DNA of 64,000 bases from an uncultured virus (IMG/VR IMGVR_UViG_3300033148_007826) (Duplodnaviria > Heunggongvirae > Uroviricota > Caudoviricetes), in IMG/VR virus record IMGVR_UViG_3300033148_007826. One strand, given 5' to 3'. A program made the translations under genes and the position numbers. Under the pieces are notes generated by a model, which saw nothing but the letters and a program-made list of their open reading frames with translations, ran no database searches and was not told the DNA's origin. Positions 56,347-64,000 of the stretch are shown in pieces; the stretch's first letter is position 1; each line of letters opens with the position of its first letter.

Positions 56347-56562
56347 CTATTGACCTCTCGTTCCTGGCGTCCTCTTGTAGCCATGGTGTTTATCGTGACA
56401 ATCCCTACAGAGAATCCTCCAGTTGGATGGAGTGTCCTCGCCACCTTTGGATAAAGGCTTGATATGATGAATGGATAGGTTATTTTCAGCTCCGCACTTT
56501 GAGCATATCCCTACACGGAGCATTCTGCGGCGTTGCCTGTTAATGTAATTGATGTGACTCAC
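56347..56562 (-). CDS. HNH endonuclease
   Basis: CSKC...HHIKP...GG...N...LCRDCHDKHH; GTGA overlap. Confidence 0.75.
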   Translation of the reverse strand: MSHINYINRQRRRMLRVGICSKCGAENNLSIHHIKPLSKGGEDTPSNWRILCRDCHDKHHGYKRTPGTRGQ

Positions 56563-57230
56563 GCCATCACCACGTTGAATCGGGGAGTTCTGCCCGTCCA
56601 ATGTGATTCTTCAGCCAAGTCGTCCAAGAACTCCTGAACGACGAGCTTGCCGAACTGCTTGACCGTATCGGCCTTCACGACGATGCCTTCCATGTTGGCC
56701 ACGGTGGAGAATGCCGACCTCTTGTTCTCACAGAGGGGAAGCAGGTCATCGAACTTGACCTTCCCCCTGAACATCACGGGAGCTGTCGTGAATCCGAGCC
56801 CGTTGAGGATTTTTATCTTGCGGTCCTGAGAGATGATGCGGCCAATACCTTCTTCGATAATGTCGAAGGCGATGAACCTGTCTGGAAGCCTGTCATACAC
56901 GATATTGTGCTGAACGTGCGCCCACTCGCCGACGACCCTGGTGTGCCTCGGTATTCCCTCGACCTTTTCGATGTTCGTCCATACCCAAGGCCACGCTCCT
57001 TTGAACTGGGTGCATTTGTCATATTCGGATAAATGCCTGTTCCGAGTGTAGATGACTGGCTTGCCGTTCTTGAAAGCAATAGACATCTGGGAGCCGTCAA
57101 TCTTCTCCTCAATTCTGGTATCCCCCTTCAGTAACCTCTTGACCTCACTGGGGTTGAGATAACGCTTATCGTGCCTTGCGGATATGGCGGAATGAGGTAT
57201 TCTCAGTGGTTTAGGATACTTCAGTTGCAT
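56559..57230 (-). CDS. RNA ligase (Rnl2-like nucleotidyltransferase)
   Basis: EKIDGSQ motif I, VVGEW, FIAFDI, MEGIVVK, FGKLV. Confidence 0.85.
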   Translation of the reverse strand: MQLKYPKPLRIPHSAISARHDKRYLNPSEVKRLLKGDTRIEEKIDGSQMSIAFKNGKPVIYTRNRHLSEYDKCTQFKGAWPWVWTNIEKVEGIPRHTRVVGEWAHVQHNIVYDRLPDRFIAFDIIEEGIGRIISQDRKIKILNGLGFTTAPVMFRGKVKFDDLLPLCENKRSAFSTVANMEGIVVKADTVKQFGKLVVQEFLDDLAEESHWTGRTPRFNVVMA

Positions 57231-57762
57231 TGTCTTCCTCTCTGAACTCTTTGAGCTTTAAAAGCACGGCGAGTTCCGTTTCAGTCGTTTTGATGGAGTT
57301 ATCCAGGTGAGTTCGGTTTCTCCTCATGCGGAAGTACCATTTCAACTGTTTTAAATCACCCTCACTGCCACTCAATTCGATGAGAATGGCGATTAATGCC
57401 ATTCCAACAACCATGAGTCGTCCTATAGCTGGTGTGAAATTTGCCTGAAATGTCCAGGTGGACATGAAGATTACCAGGCTAATGTATGAGGTTAAAATGA
57501 GGACTGGACATCCGAATAGAAAGCCTGAAAGACTCAACTCCAGATAATGGTCATAATCGACCCGTGCATACTTTACTTGGTCTTCTGCACCACAACTACC
57601 GGAGTCTGGTGTCACGACGAACTTTATCTCGGACTCTGGTATGTATCTTCTATAAGCCACCCAATGTCCAAGCTCGTGGACGATGGTATTCAATATCATT
57701 CCAAGGAGGTATGTCCCTGTTATTGCCATCAAGACCAAGAGTTCGTGTGTGCCTTCTGTCAT
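57211..57762 (-). CDS. Membrane metalloprotease-like (M50/S2P-type HExxH)
   Basis: IVHELGH within TM context; C-terminal GD. Confidence 0.6.
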   Translation of the reverse strand: MTEGTHELLVLMAITGTYLLGMILNTIVHELGHWVAYRRYIPESEIKFVVTPDSGSCGAEDQVKYARVDYDHYLELSLSGFLFGCPVLILTSYISLVIFMSTWTFQANFTPAIGRLMVVGMALIAILIELSGSEGDLKQLKWYFRMRRNRTHLDNSIKTTETELAVLLKLKEFREEDNATEVS

Positions 57763-57781
57763 ATTATTCACCTGAATGTGA

Positions 57782-57856
57782 TGGGACCAGACGGATTCGA
57801 ACCGACGACTACCCGGTTATGAGCCGGATGCTCTGACCAGACTAAACTATGGTCCC
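57782..57856 (-). tRNA. tRNA with CAT anticodon (Ile2 or elongator Met)
   Basis: Cloverleaf GGGACCA/TGGTCCC; Ile-like acceptor. Confidence 0.85.
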
Positions 57857-58432
57857 CTAAGTTGGTGGGGAAAACTCCCCGATTACAGGACCGTAGTAGT
57901 CCCCTATTGTTTTCATACCGCCATCATCAGTGGATTGCGTGTCTCCTATAGCGTGTAGAGAGGTGAACAATGATACCCATTTGGCACTGTAATTCGTTTC
58001 ATAATCCAGTGTGGCCCCATTCCAGCAAAAATTGGTCAGGTCATAACTTCCACCCGGAACAGCCGGGAAGCCTTTTATTGATTCGATTACTGTGCCATCG
58101 TCAAAGGTCGTCATTATGACAATCCTCTCAACACTCCGATTCTCTATTCGCTCTTTTACTAATTGAGAATCGTTTACGAAGTATTGGAGCCTATATCTCC
58201 AGCCCCCTTCTAGTTCCATGCCCATTACATTCAGGTTCACTATCTCTGTGGAACAGTTGGCGTAGATGATTTTCCCCATTCCCTCATTTGTGGGGGTGAT
58301 GATGAGTTCGGGCTGTTCTTCCGCCTCATTCGTCGTATGCTCATAGACGAATAGCCCGTATGTCGTTGCCATCCCCATGATGAATACACACATGAGAGCA
58401 ATGCCCACCGTGATTCTTTCCTTGCCTTTCAT
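57857..58432 (-). CDS. Membrane-anchored secreted protein
   Basis: Start MKGKE; class B promoter 58470-58481. Confidence 0.7.
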   Translation of the reverse strand: MKGKERITVGIALMCVFIMGMATTYGLFVYEHTTNEAEEQPELIITPTNEGMGKIIYANCSTEIVNLNVMGMELEGGWRYRLQYFVNDSQLVKERIENRSVERIVIMTTFDDGTVIESIKGFPAVPGGSYDLTNFCWNGATLDYETNYSAKWVSLFTSLHAIGDTQSTDDGGMKTIGDYYGPVIGEFSPPT

Positions 58433-58489
58433 TTTATCAACCTCTTTCGTGTAAGATTGACTAAGGCCGGGGACTTTATATGGTTTTAG

Positions 58490-58561
58490 GGGAAAGAGCG
58501 GGAGTCGAACCCACACTTACAGGGCCACGGTCTGTGGTGCTACCATTACACTATCTTTCCC
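58490..58561 (-). tRNA. tRNA-His(GTG)
   Basis: Encoded G-1 pairing with C73; atypical C33. Confidence 0.85.
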
Positions 58562-58606
58562 ATAGTAATAACGTATTTATATTGATTCATCCATTATGTA
58601 GGCTCA

Positions 58607-58771
58607 ATGGCATTTCCTGAACCCGTACCAGTCCTTACCGGAGAGCAAGCCGAGGAGTTCGCCCGAAGACTTCGTGATTTCAAGTTGACCGATGAGCAGA
58701 AGGCGTTTTACAGAGAGGCCATGCAGATTCATAGACGACATAAAGATGATGGAAAAAAATACATAAGATGA
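58607..58771 (+). CDS. 54-aa protein (below ORF-track cutoff)
   Basis: MAFPEPVPVLTGEQAEEFARRL read manually; TTTATA box upstream. Confidence 0.5.
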   Translation: MAFPEPVPVLTGEQAEEFARRLRDFKLTDEQKAFYREAMQIHRRHKDDGKKYIR

Positions 58772-59036
58772 TTCATTCCTCTACTACCGTTTCATTCATT
58801 TCATCTCGCAGCCATTCGACGAATTCCTCGTCGGTTCGATTCTCGACGAACTTGGCGTAGATTGCTTTGGCGAGATTTTCTCTCGGCTTCGTGTAGCAGA
58901 GGTTTCCGAACGGGTATCCGCTCTTTCCTCCTGGTTGGCGACCTTCTCGTGCTATCTCATCGGTGAAGGCGTAGCCATTCCAGAACGTCCTTTGGACTAT
59001 TCATGGCTGTTCACCTCGTTTGTTTTAAAGTGATGA

Positions 59037-59314
59037 TGCCGGGAGCAGGATTTGAACCTGCGATGTTTACCCTACGGTACAGATTTCCCAGAAACAAGAC
59101 CATTTGAGTTTGCTCCTCTTTTAAGTTCAAGCCCCAGAGAGCATGGGCCGCACTTTGGTCCGGCCCGGCTATAAAGTTGTCCCTCGGTCCTCTACTCGAT
59201 TCATAGAGGGGGTTGTCTCCATAGTCCCCAGGAGTTTACTTGCTTCCGCCTGAGTGCGGCGGAGTCCATGCTCTACTCGGTCTGCTCCAATCGACCTGGC
59301 TCTGGCATCCCGGC
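59037..59314 (-). tRNA. tRNA-Leu(TAA) with two introns: 30/31 (59127-59281, 155 nt) and 37/38 (59085-59119, 35 nt)
   Basis: BHBs GAGC/GCUU (AG^A, GA^A) and CUUA/UGGG (AA^A, AA^A); Leu-type D and variable arms, A73. Confidence 0.75.
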
Positions 59315-59324
59315 ATAAATTAAG

Positions 59325-59625
59325 AGGCGTGTGACCAACCTGAAGGGGTCCACCCTCATATCATAAGGTGCTAACTTCAGGTCAGGCCAAAAGAGTCCTC
59401 TGTCGCACAGAAGCCGAAACAACGAAACACGGTGACGATATGTTGAAAACAACCCCGGCACAACAAGGAGCCCTTCTAGCAGGCAATTATTGGTGTTTCC
59501 ACCAATGAATTCCTAGTATGGATAAAGGAACTCCCGGCGAGATAACGCTTACCCTCGACAGGGCGTTTCGTAAACGCCGAGGGCATTCGTCTATCCCATT
59601 GTGCCAGTTTCATGTTCCTCATCTC
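59325..59625 (-). ncRNA. Unknown structured RNA of about 300 nt
   Basis: Follows class B variant promoter 59649-59661; helices GGCACAA/TTGTGCC, CCCTCGGC/GTCGAGGG, ATTGGTG-GAAA-CACCAAT, ACCTGAAG/CTTCAGGT. Confidence 0.5.
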
Positions 59626-59754
59626 CGAGGTATTCTGTGGTATGTCGTGGGGGTTTAAAAAGATTTCGACAGTCATGCAAACTGTCTTCATCTCGCCTTA
59701 AACGTCACTCTCTTTCTTCTTCCAGTATCATGGTCTTTAACGTAAAATGTGACG

Positions 59755-60216
59755 CTACGGTGTTTCTTCATCATTTATGACCGCCACCCTGAACTTCCCC
59801 CCACTGGCTATCCATTCTTGTAGGATTTCCTTTGAGAGTTCGTCGTAGTAGGTTTCCCGCTCTACGACTATCTCTTGAATCCCCGCCTCTATGAGTTCCA
59901 GCATACAGTCTTTGCATGGGACACCCATAGCGGAGTAAAGAATAGCCCCATGGGTGCATCCGCTACCTATTGCTGTGACCAATAAGACTTTTCGTTCTGC
60001 GTGAAGGGCTCGACAATCCGCATGACCCGCCCAGTCTTTCTTCGTTCTACGACAGCTCTCACAGGGTTTTAGCGGAAGCGGTGGGCCGTTCCAGCCTGGG
60101 ATAAGTCTCCCACTTCGTAGTTCGAGAACGCACCCCAAATGTTTCTTTTTACAAGTTGAATTCTTGGAAGCGTTCCTGGCTATTGCCATCCGATTAGCAT
60201 CAGTTCTCCCCGTCAT
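59755..60216 (-). CDS. dCMP deaminase-like (CDA superfamily)
   Basis: LHAE and PCKDC zinc motifs. Confidence 0.85.
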   Translation of the reverse strand: MTGRTDANRMAIARNASKNSTCKKKHLGCVLELRSGRLIPGWNGPPLPLKPCESCRRTKKDWAGHADCRALHAERKVLLVTAIGSGCTHGAILYSAMGVPCKDCMLELIEAGIQEIVVERETYYDELSKEILQEWIASGGKFRVAVINDEETP

Positions 60217-60262
60217 GCTTTGGTATTATCTTTGGAGGTTTATATGAATTTCGGGTTGATTT

Positions 60263-60466
60263 TCAGCATCCTTTGGGCGGCGGGGAAACTTCGATAGACA
60301 AATCACAGACGAATAACCCTTGGTCATTCGCTACAACGGAGCAACCCGCCCCCGTCACTGTTGCATTAGGGCCTAATCCATCCTCAAATTCATTTCTGAA
60401 GCCGTATGCTTCATCCAAAGTTTTTCCTGAAACATGAACCCGGATTTGGGACGTTCCATTTGCCAT
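60263..60466 (-). CDS. Small hypothetical protein
   Basis: Class A promoter 60486-60508. Confidence 0.6.
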   Translation of the reverse strand: MANGTSQIRVHVSGKTLDEAYGFRNEFEDGLGPNATVTGAGCSVVANDQGLFVCDLSIEVSPPPKGC

Positions 60467-60514
60467 GCTAATTGATTGATGTAGTTATATAAATACGTTT
60501 GTAATCAAAATCAA

Positions 60515-60644
60515 TGGTGCTCCCGAGGTGATGGCTTGCTTATCTTCTGGCATTTAGCAAGTCTGCCCTCTGGGTGCTTCACAAGATGCTTGGTAGCTAT
60601 TCCCCAGATGCAGTTATCTTCTTCCTTGAACCTGCACCCGGAGC
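60515..60644 (-). ncRNA. Unknown 130-nt RNA closed by GCTCC/GGAGC stem and ACCA
   Basis: Three internal hairpins, two carrying AGAAGATAA. Confidence 0.6.
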
Positions 60645-60679
60645 AGTTCTTGGTCAGATAGATGGGGAATCCGTCCCAT

Positions 60680-61093
60680 CTACTCAACTTGGGTGACCTC
60701 CCCCGTGGTACTGTTTATCTCAAAGGTCATTTTCGTTGTGAACCAACCGGGGTTAGGTTCGGCCTCGTAGATAACCTCGTACCAGTCCCAGAACCATGTA
60801 TGAGAGTCCCAACCGCAATATTTCACGTTGTATGTCCCATTGACCTCCAGTTTCGACCACACGTTCCGGTCTATGGCGTGTTGTCCCTTCATGTGTACGT
60901 TATCCACCTCGAAGACACGGCCATCCTCTGTGACGAGCATATAGAAGCTCTCATCGCCGTTGTTGTCTATGTACTTCTCCTTCACGGTCAGCGTGGTCGT
61001 TTCCGTATGATACCATGACGCCGATATTGATATTGCGGCGATTATCACCAGAGCCACCACGATTATGATTCCGATAGTCTTTTTTTCCATCAT
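60680..61093 (-). CDS. Membrane-anchored secreted protein
   Basis: GGTGA RBS; class B promoter 61118-61129. Confidence 0.7.
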   Translation of the reverse strand: MMEKKTIGIIIVVALVIIAAISISASWYHTETTTLTVKEKYIDNNGDESFYMLVTEDGRVFEVDNVHMKGQHAIDRNVWSKLEVNGTYNVKYCGWDSHTWFWDWYEVIYEAEPNPGWFTTKMTFEINSTTGEVTQVE

Positions 61094-61123
61094 GTCACCG
61101 ATGGTACTGTAGGTTCGGGGACT

Positions 61124-61474
61124 TTATATTGGTATCGTTCCGCTTTCGACATCGGCGATAATTTCACTGATTTTATCGTGCATCTGCTTAATTAGTTCTC
61201 GCCGCTCCTTGAATGTCAAAGACTGAACAACCGAACCGCCGCCTGAGAATATAGCATAATGTACCCTTTCATCACCATTGACCAGGAATGTGAATGAAAT
61301 ATCCTTCCCGAGCTTTGTGTCGAACCTAACTTCTGAGAGGCTTTCGTCAACACATCGGATGCATATGTCTGCAAAACCCATCTCACGATTAGTGAGTTCG
61401 TAGGTGGGTGGAAACAGGCCACCCCATGTTCCCATCAATGCACCGCATCTCTGACAAAGGACCGTGACGCTCAT
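61124..61474 (-). CDS. Hypothetical protein with CxxC pairs
   Basis: Class B promoter at about 61493. Confidence 0.6.
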   Translation of the reverse strand: MSVTVLCQRCGALMGTWGGLFPPTYELTNREMGFADICIRCVDESLSEVRFDTKLGKDISFTFLVNGDERVHYAIFSGGGSVVQSLTFKERRELIKQMHDKISEIIADVESGTIPI

Positions 61475-61498
61475 GATAATGCTTAGGTATTGGGGACT

Positions 61499-62434
61499 TT
61501 ATAAGGATTTCCTCATCTCGTATACTCTCTTAATGAGTTCCCCGTCACCCTTGATGAACGGGAAGACCCAGATGGCTTCTCCTTGCTTGTTCTTGTAATA
61601 GTCACTGGTTAGGTGTCTCCAATGTCCCCGGACCCAGAAGGCGTGTGATGGGGAACTTCTCTTAGTAATCGCCGCAACAGCATCTAAATAGCACTTTGTT
61701 TTTCCCGTTACTGTGATTTTCATTCTGGACGGCATGATGGGTTTTCCCTTCTTTATTCGCTTTTCATTTGATTCTGCCCTTGGTCTACGGGTGCGGACCT
61801 CGACATCGGGATGATTCAAATAATCCACAGAATTCCAGAACAATCGGTCCATATTCCTTACCAGCACTCGATAGTTTTTCCTTGTTTTCACTTCTTCAAA
61901 TGCGGGGTCATATTTGCATATATGGCCATGAGGTGAGTACGCTCTTATTTCGAGAAGTTGTCCGACATCTCTTTCTGATAGTGAGAATAATGCAACCTGT
62001 GGCATATAATCTACTTTATTTTCTTCAATATATTCTCTAACTTTATCCCTATATCGTCTATCATTTTCAGATTCCGTTACAATGTGATATTCAACTGATG
62101 CCAGTCCACTGAGCCAATTGCCATTATATCCGAGCTTTAATGGCATATACATGAATCGGAAAGGGGTTGGTCTTGCAAAATGTTTATTATCCGTTAGGGA
62201 AAGCAATTTTAATATGTCAGGTCGAGGTGAGAAAGTATGGTATGAGCTGGATGTCGAAGAAGCGTCATTATATATCATCTGGGTAATCGCTTCTTCCGGT
62301 GTCTCTGCACTGAGGACTTCTTCTTCAAACCTCGGGTCATTAAAGCTCTTTTTCAATAATTTGGTTATGATGGCTAGGTTTTTAGCGGCCTCACCTGGAT
62401 TCATGACCTCTACATGAATGTCGTCGGGGTTCAT
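61499..62434 (-). CDS. Phage-type hypothetical protein
   Basis: C-terminal FWVRGHWR...IWVFPFIKG motif. Confidence 0.75.
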   Translation of the reverse strand: MNPDDIHVEVMNPGEAAKNLAIITKLLKKSFNDPRFEEEVLSAETPEEAITQMIYNDASSTSSSYHTFSPRPDILKLLSLTDNKHFARPTPFRFMYMPLKLGYNGNWLSGLASVEYHIVTESENDRRYRDKVREYIEENKVDYMPQVALFSLSERDVGQLLEIRAYSPHGHICKYDPAFEEVKTRKNYRVLVRNMDRLFWNSVDYLNHPDVEVRTRRPRAESNEKRIKKGKPIMPSRMKITVTGKTKCYLDAVAAITKRSSPSHAFWVRGHWRHLTSDYYKNKQGEAIWVFPFIKGDGELIKRVYEMRKSL

Positions 62435-62481
62435 CGAATATAAGAAGAGGTTGCGGCTTTATATGGGTTTCTGAGAATTGT

Positions 62482-62661
62482 TCAGGTGTATGGTAGAAAA
62501 GTCGAGTCGTTCTTGCTATCGGGCATGGGGTGGCTTCCGAACTCCTCCTCTTCACCTTCATCCTCCATCATCATGGTGAGAATGAAATTCACAGCGTTAC
62601 GCATATCTTTGACTTCTCGCTTGAGTTCTTTGACCTGCTTGAGTAGTTCCCCATCGCTCAT
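62482..62661 (-). CDS. 59-aa coiled-coil/acidic protein (below ORF-track cutoff)
   Basis: MSDGELLKQVKELKREVKDMRNAVNF read manually; TATA box upstream. Confidence 0.5.
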   Translation of the reverse strand: MSDGELLKQVKELKREVKDMRNAVNFILTMMMEDEGEEEEFGSHPMPDSKNDSTFLPYT

Positions 62662-62734
62662 AGGATTGGCTATGTCATGGTGGGTTTATATCCGTTTCTA
62701 TAACTTCGAGAGGAAATGTAGTCAGATTGAGTCC

Positions 62735-63058
62735 TTATAGGTTAATAAGGGCCCCGAAGTATATTATCGCCAATCCTATCCCCATGATGATTCCACCGCC
62801 GATGATTCCTTTGATTCCCAATGGTGGTAGAATCGGTATGAAGATGATTAGCCCGAGGAGGAAGAGGCCGAGGCCGAATAGAAGAATCCAGAATTCGGCG
62901 TACTCATAACTCACACGGGTTTCCTCAGCTTCACGCACTGAGGAATTGTATATGAGCATACTCATAGATATGACGAGTATGACTAATAAGACCGCCATTA
63001 CTGCGATAACCCTGTTGCTCGTCCTGCAATCGCATTTATCGCCCTTTTTTTCAGGCAT
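62735..63058 (-). CDS. Small membrane protein
   Basis: Three hydrophobic helices. Confidence 0.65.
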   Translation of the reverse strand: MPEKKGDKCDCRTSNRVIAVMAVLLVILVISMSMLIYNSSVREAEETRVSYEYAEFWILLFGLGLFLLGLIIFIPILPPLGIKGIIGGGIIMGIGLAIIYFGALINL

Positions 63059-63064
63059 CGTTGT

Positions 63065-63490
63065 CTACTCCGGTGTCTTGGGCTTCTTCTCGCAGATTAT
63101 GGGGGCTGTCTTGCAGATTTCCGGGTTGACGGCCTCTATCGCCCTGAGATGTACGATGGCGGCAACGATGCAGAAGATTGTCACCGGAATCAGGATGATT
63201 GTGAGTATGTAGATGAGGCTCCCGAAGGCACTGACAATCCAGAATGCGACGAGAAGATATACGGCAAGCCTACTCCGCTTCCATGCAAAGAATAGAATGA
63301 CGGCGAACAGGAGGGTCAGGAGAGCCAGCCCGAATACGAAGACCCAGAGGACCATACCGAAAGGTATGCCAACTATTGTGACGTTCAGTAACAGTCCGAG
63401 AACAAAGCCCAGTATCATGACTCCTACTGATGCGATGATTGCGAAAACGTCCATCACTAGGGCCATCTTGAATGCGGTTTCCGACTTCAT
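63065..63490 (-). CDS. Multi-pass membrane protein with Cys-pair tail
   Basis: Class A promoter 63519-63540. Confidence 0.7.
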   Translation of the reverse strand: MKSETAFKMALVMDVFAIIASVGVMILGFVLGLLLNVTIVGIPFGMVLWVFVFGLALLTLLFAVILFFAWKRSRLAVYLLVAFWIVSAFGSLIYILTIILIPVTIFCIVAAIVHLRAIEAVNPEICKTAPIICEKKPKTPE

Positions 63491-63594
63491 GTTATCAAAT
63501 CTCCAATTTCATAGAAGGTATATATATGTTTGTAATCAATTATGGCATCGAAGGTCTTATAAAGCCCCAAATGTCTTTATTAATTGGTGACACG

Positions 63595-63954
63595 ATGGAA
63601 ATGATAGGTCTATTAATCCTGGGGCATTTGGTCGGCGACTATCTGTTTCAGAACAAGCGCATGGCTGAGGCAAAAGGTTTTTTCACCCTAAGTGGCTGGT
63701 TCTGGTGCGGCCTGCATTCGGCAATCTATTCCATGACCATCTGTTTCTTCTTGTGGAATTTCAATCCCTGGCTGTTCGTGCTGATATTCCTAACACACTT
63801 TCCGATAGACAAGTTTTCAGTAGCCAGTTGGCTTTTCAAGTTGAAATATCGTGAGAGGGTCGATTTCGATAAGCCAGGACATCTCTTCATCTATGCGGCC
63901 AACGATAATGCGCTTCATCTACTGTTGATGTGGGCTGTCGTGGTGGTGATGTAA
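63595..63954 (+). CDS. DUF3307 family membrane protein
   Basis: GHLVGDYLFQ...H...THFPID...DNALH; GGTGACACGATG; class B promoter on + strand 63557-63568. Confidence 0.8.
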   Translation: MEMIGLLILGHLVGDYLFQNKRMAEAKGFFTLSGWFWCGLHSAIYSMTICFFLWNFNPWLFVLIFLTHFPIDKFSVASWLFKLKYRERVDFDKPGHLFIYAANDNALHLLLMWAVVVVM

Positions 63955-64000
63955 TGAAGACAGCAATCTTTCCAGGGACTTTCGACCCATTTACAATCGG
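63954..64000 (+). CDS. Start of HIGH-family nucleotidyltransferase (CoaD-like), partial
   Basis: MKTAIFPGTFDPFTI, cut by window edge. Confidence 0.6.
   Translation, partial: MKTAIFPGTFDPFTI

Noticed and set aside
59037..59314. tRNA-Ser(TGA) reading of the two-intron tRNA
   Set aside because: BHB motifs fit the TAA exon better, and A73 plus D/variable arms are Leu-type
59664..59695. Hammerhead ribozyme (GATGAA-stem-GAAA)
   Set aside because: Lacks the CUGANGA core and stems I/III; it also lies upstream of the TATA box

Overview
Almost entirely minus-strand, gene-dense segment of what looks like a large archaeal virus or giant extrachromosomal element. Archaeal signs are TATA-box promoters, GGTGA ribosome-binding sites, bulge-helix-bulge (BHB) tRNA introns, a C1-G72 tRNA-Tyr and an aRF1 homolog; no capsid, replication or ribosomal genes fall in the window, so virus versus plasmid/Borg-like element is not settled. 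1-27 kb is an operon-like block of secreted or membrane-anchored surface proteins (Ig-like/NEW3, beta-helix, clostripain-type protease, lipoproteins) plus a CGHC thioredoxin-like protein. 27-64 kb holds many small accessory genes interleaved with 30 tRNA genes that cover all 20 amino acids if the atypical GCA tRNA is counted as Cys; four of them carry introns. The region also holds tRNA-like and CCA-ended structured RNAs, RNA-repair genes, HNH/LAGLIDADG nucleases and short tandem-repeat arrays. Most striking: (1) an aRF1 gene missed by the ORF track because it has two in-frame stops, both in known leaky contexts (TAG-CAA-TTC, TGA-CTA), suggesting double-readthrough autoregulation; (2) two covarying 59-nt anticodon-less tRNA mimics plus further tRNA-ended RNAs, one nested inside a tRNA intron; (3) two distinct promoter motifs that split the genes into two regulons. 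All calls were made by eye; no searches or folding programs were run.
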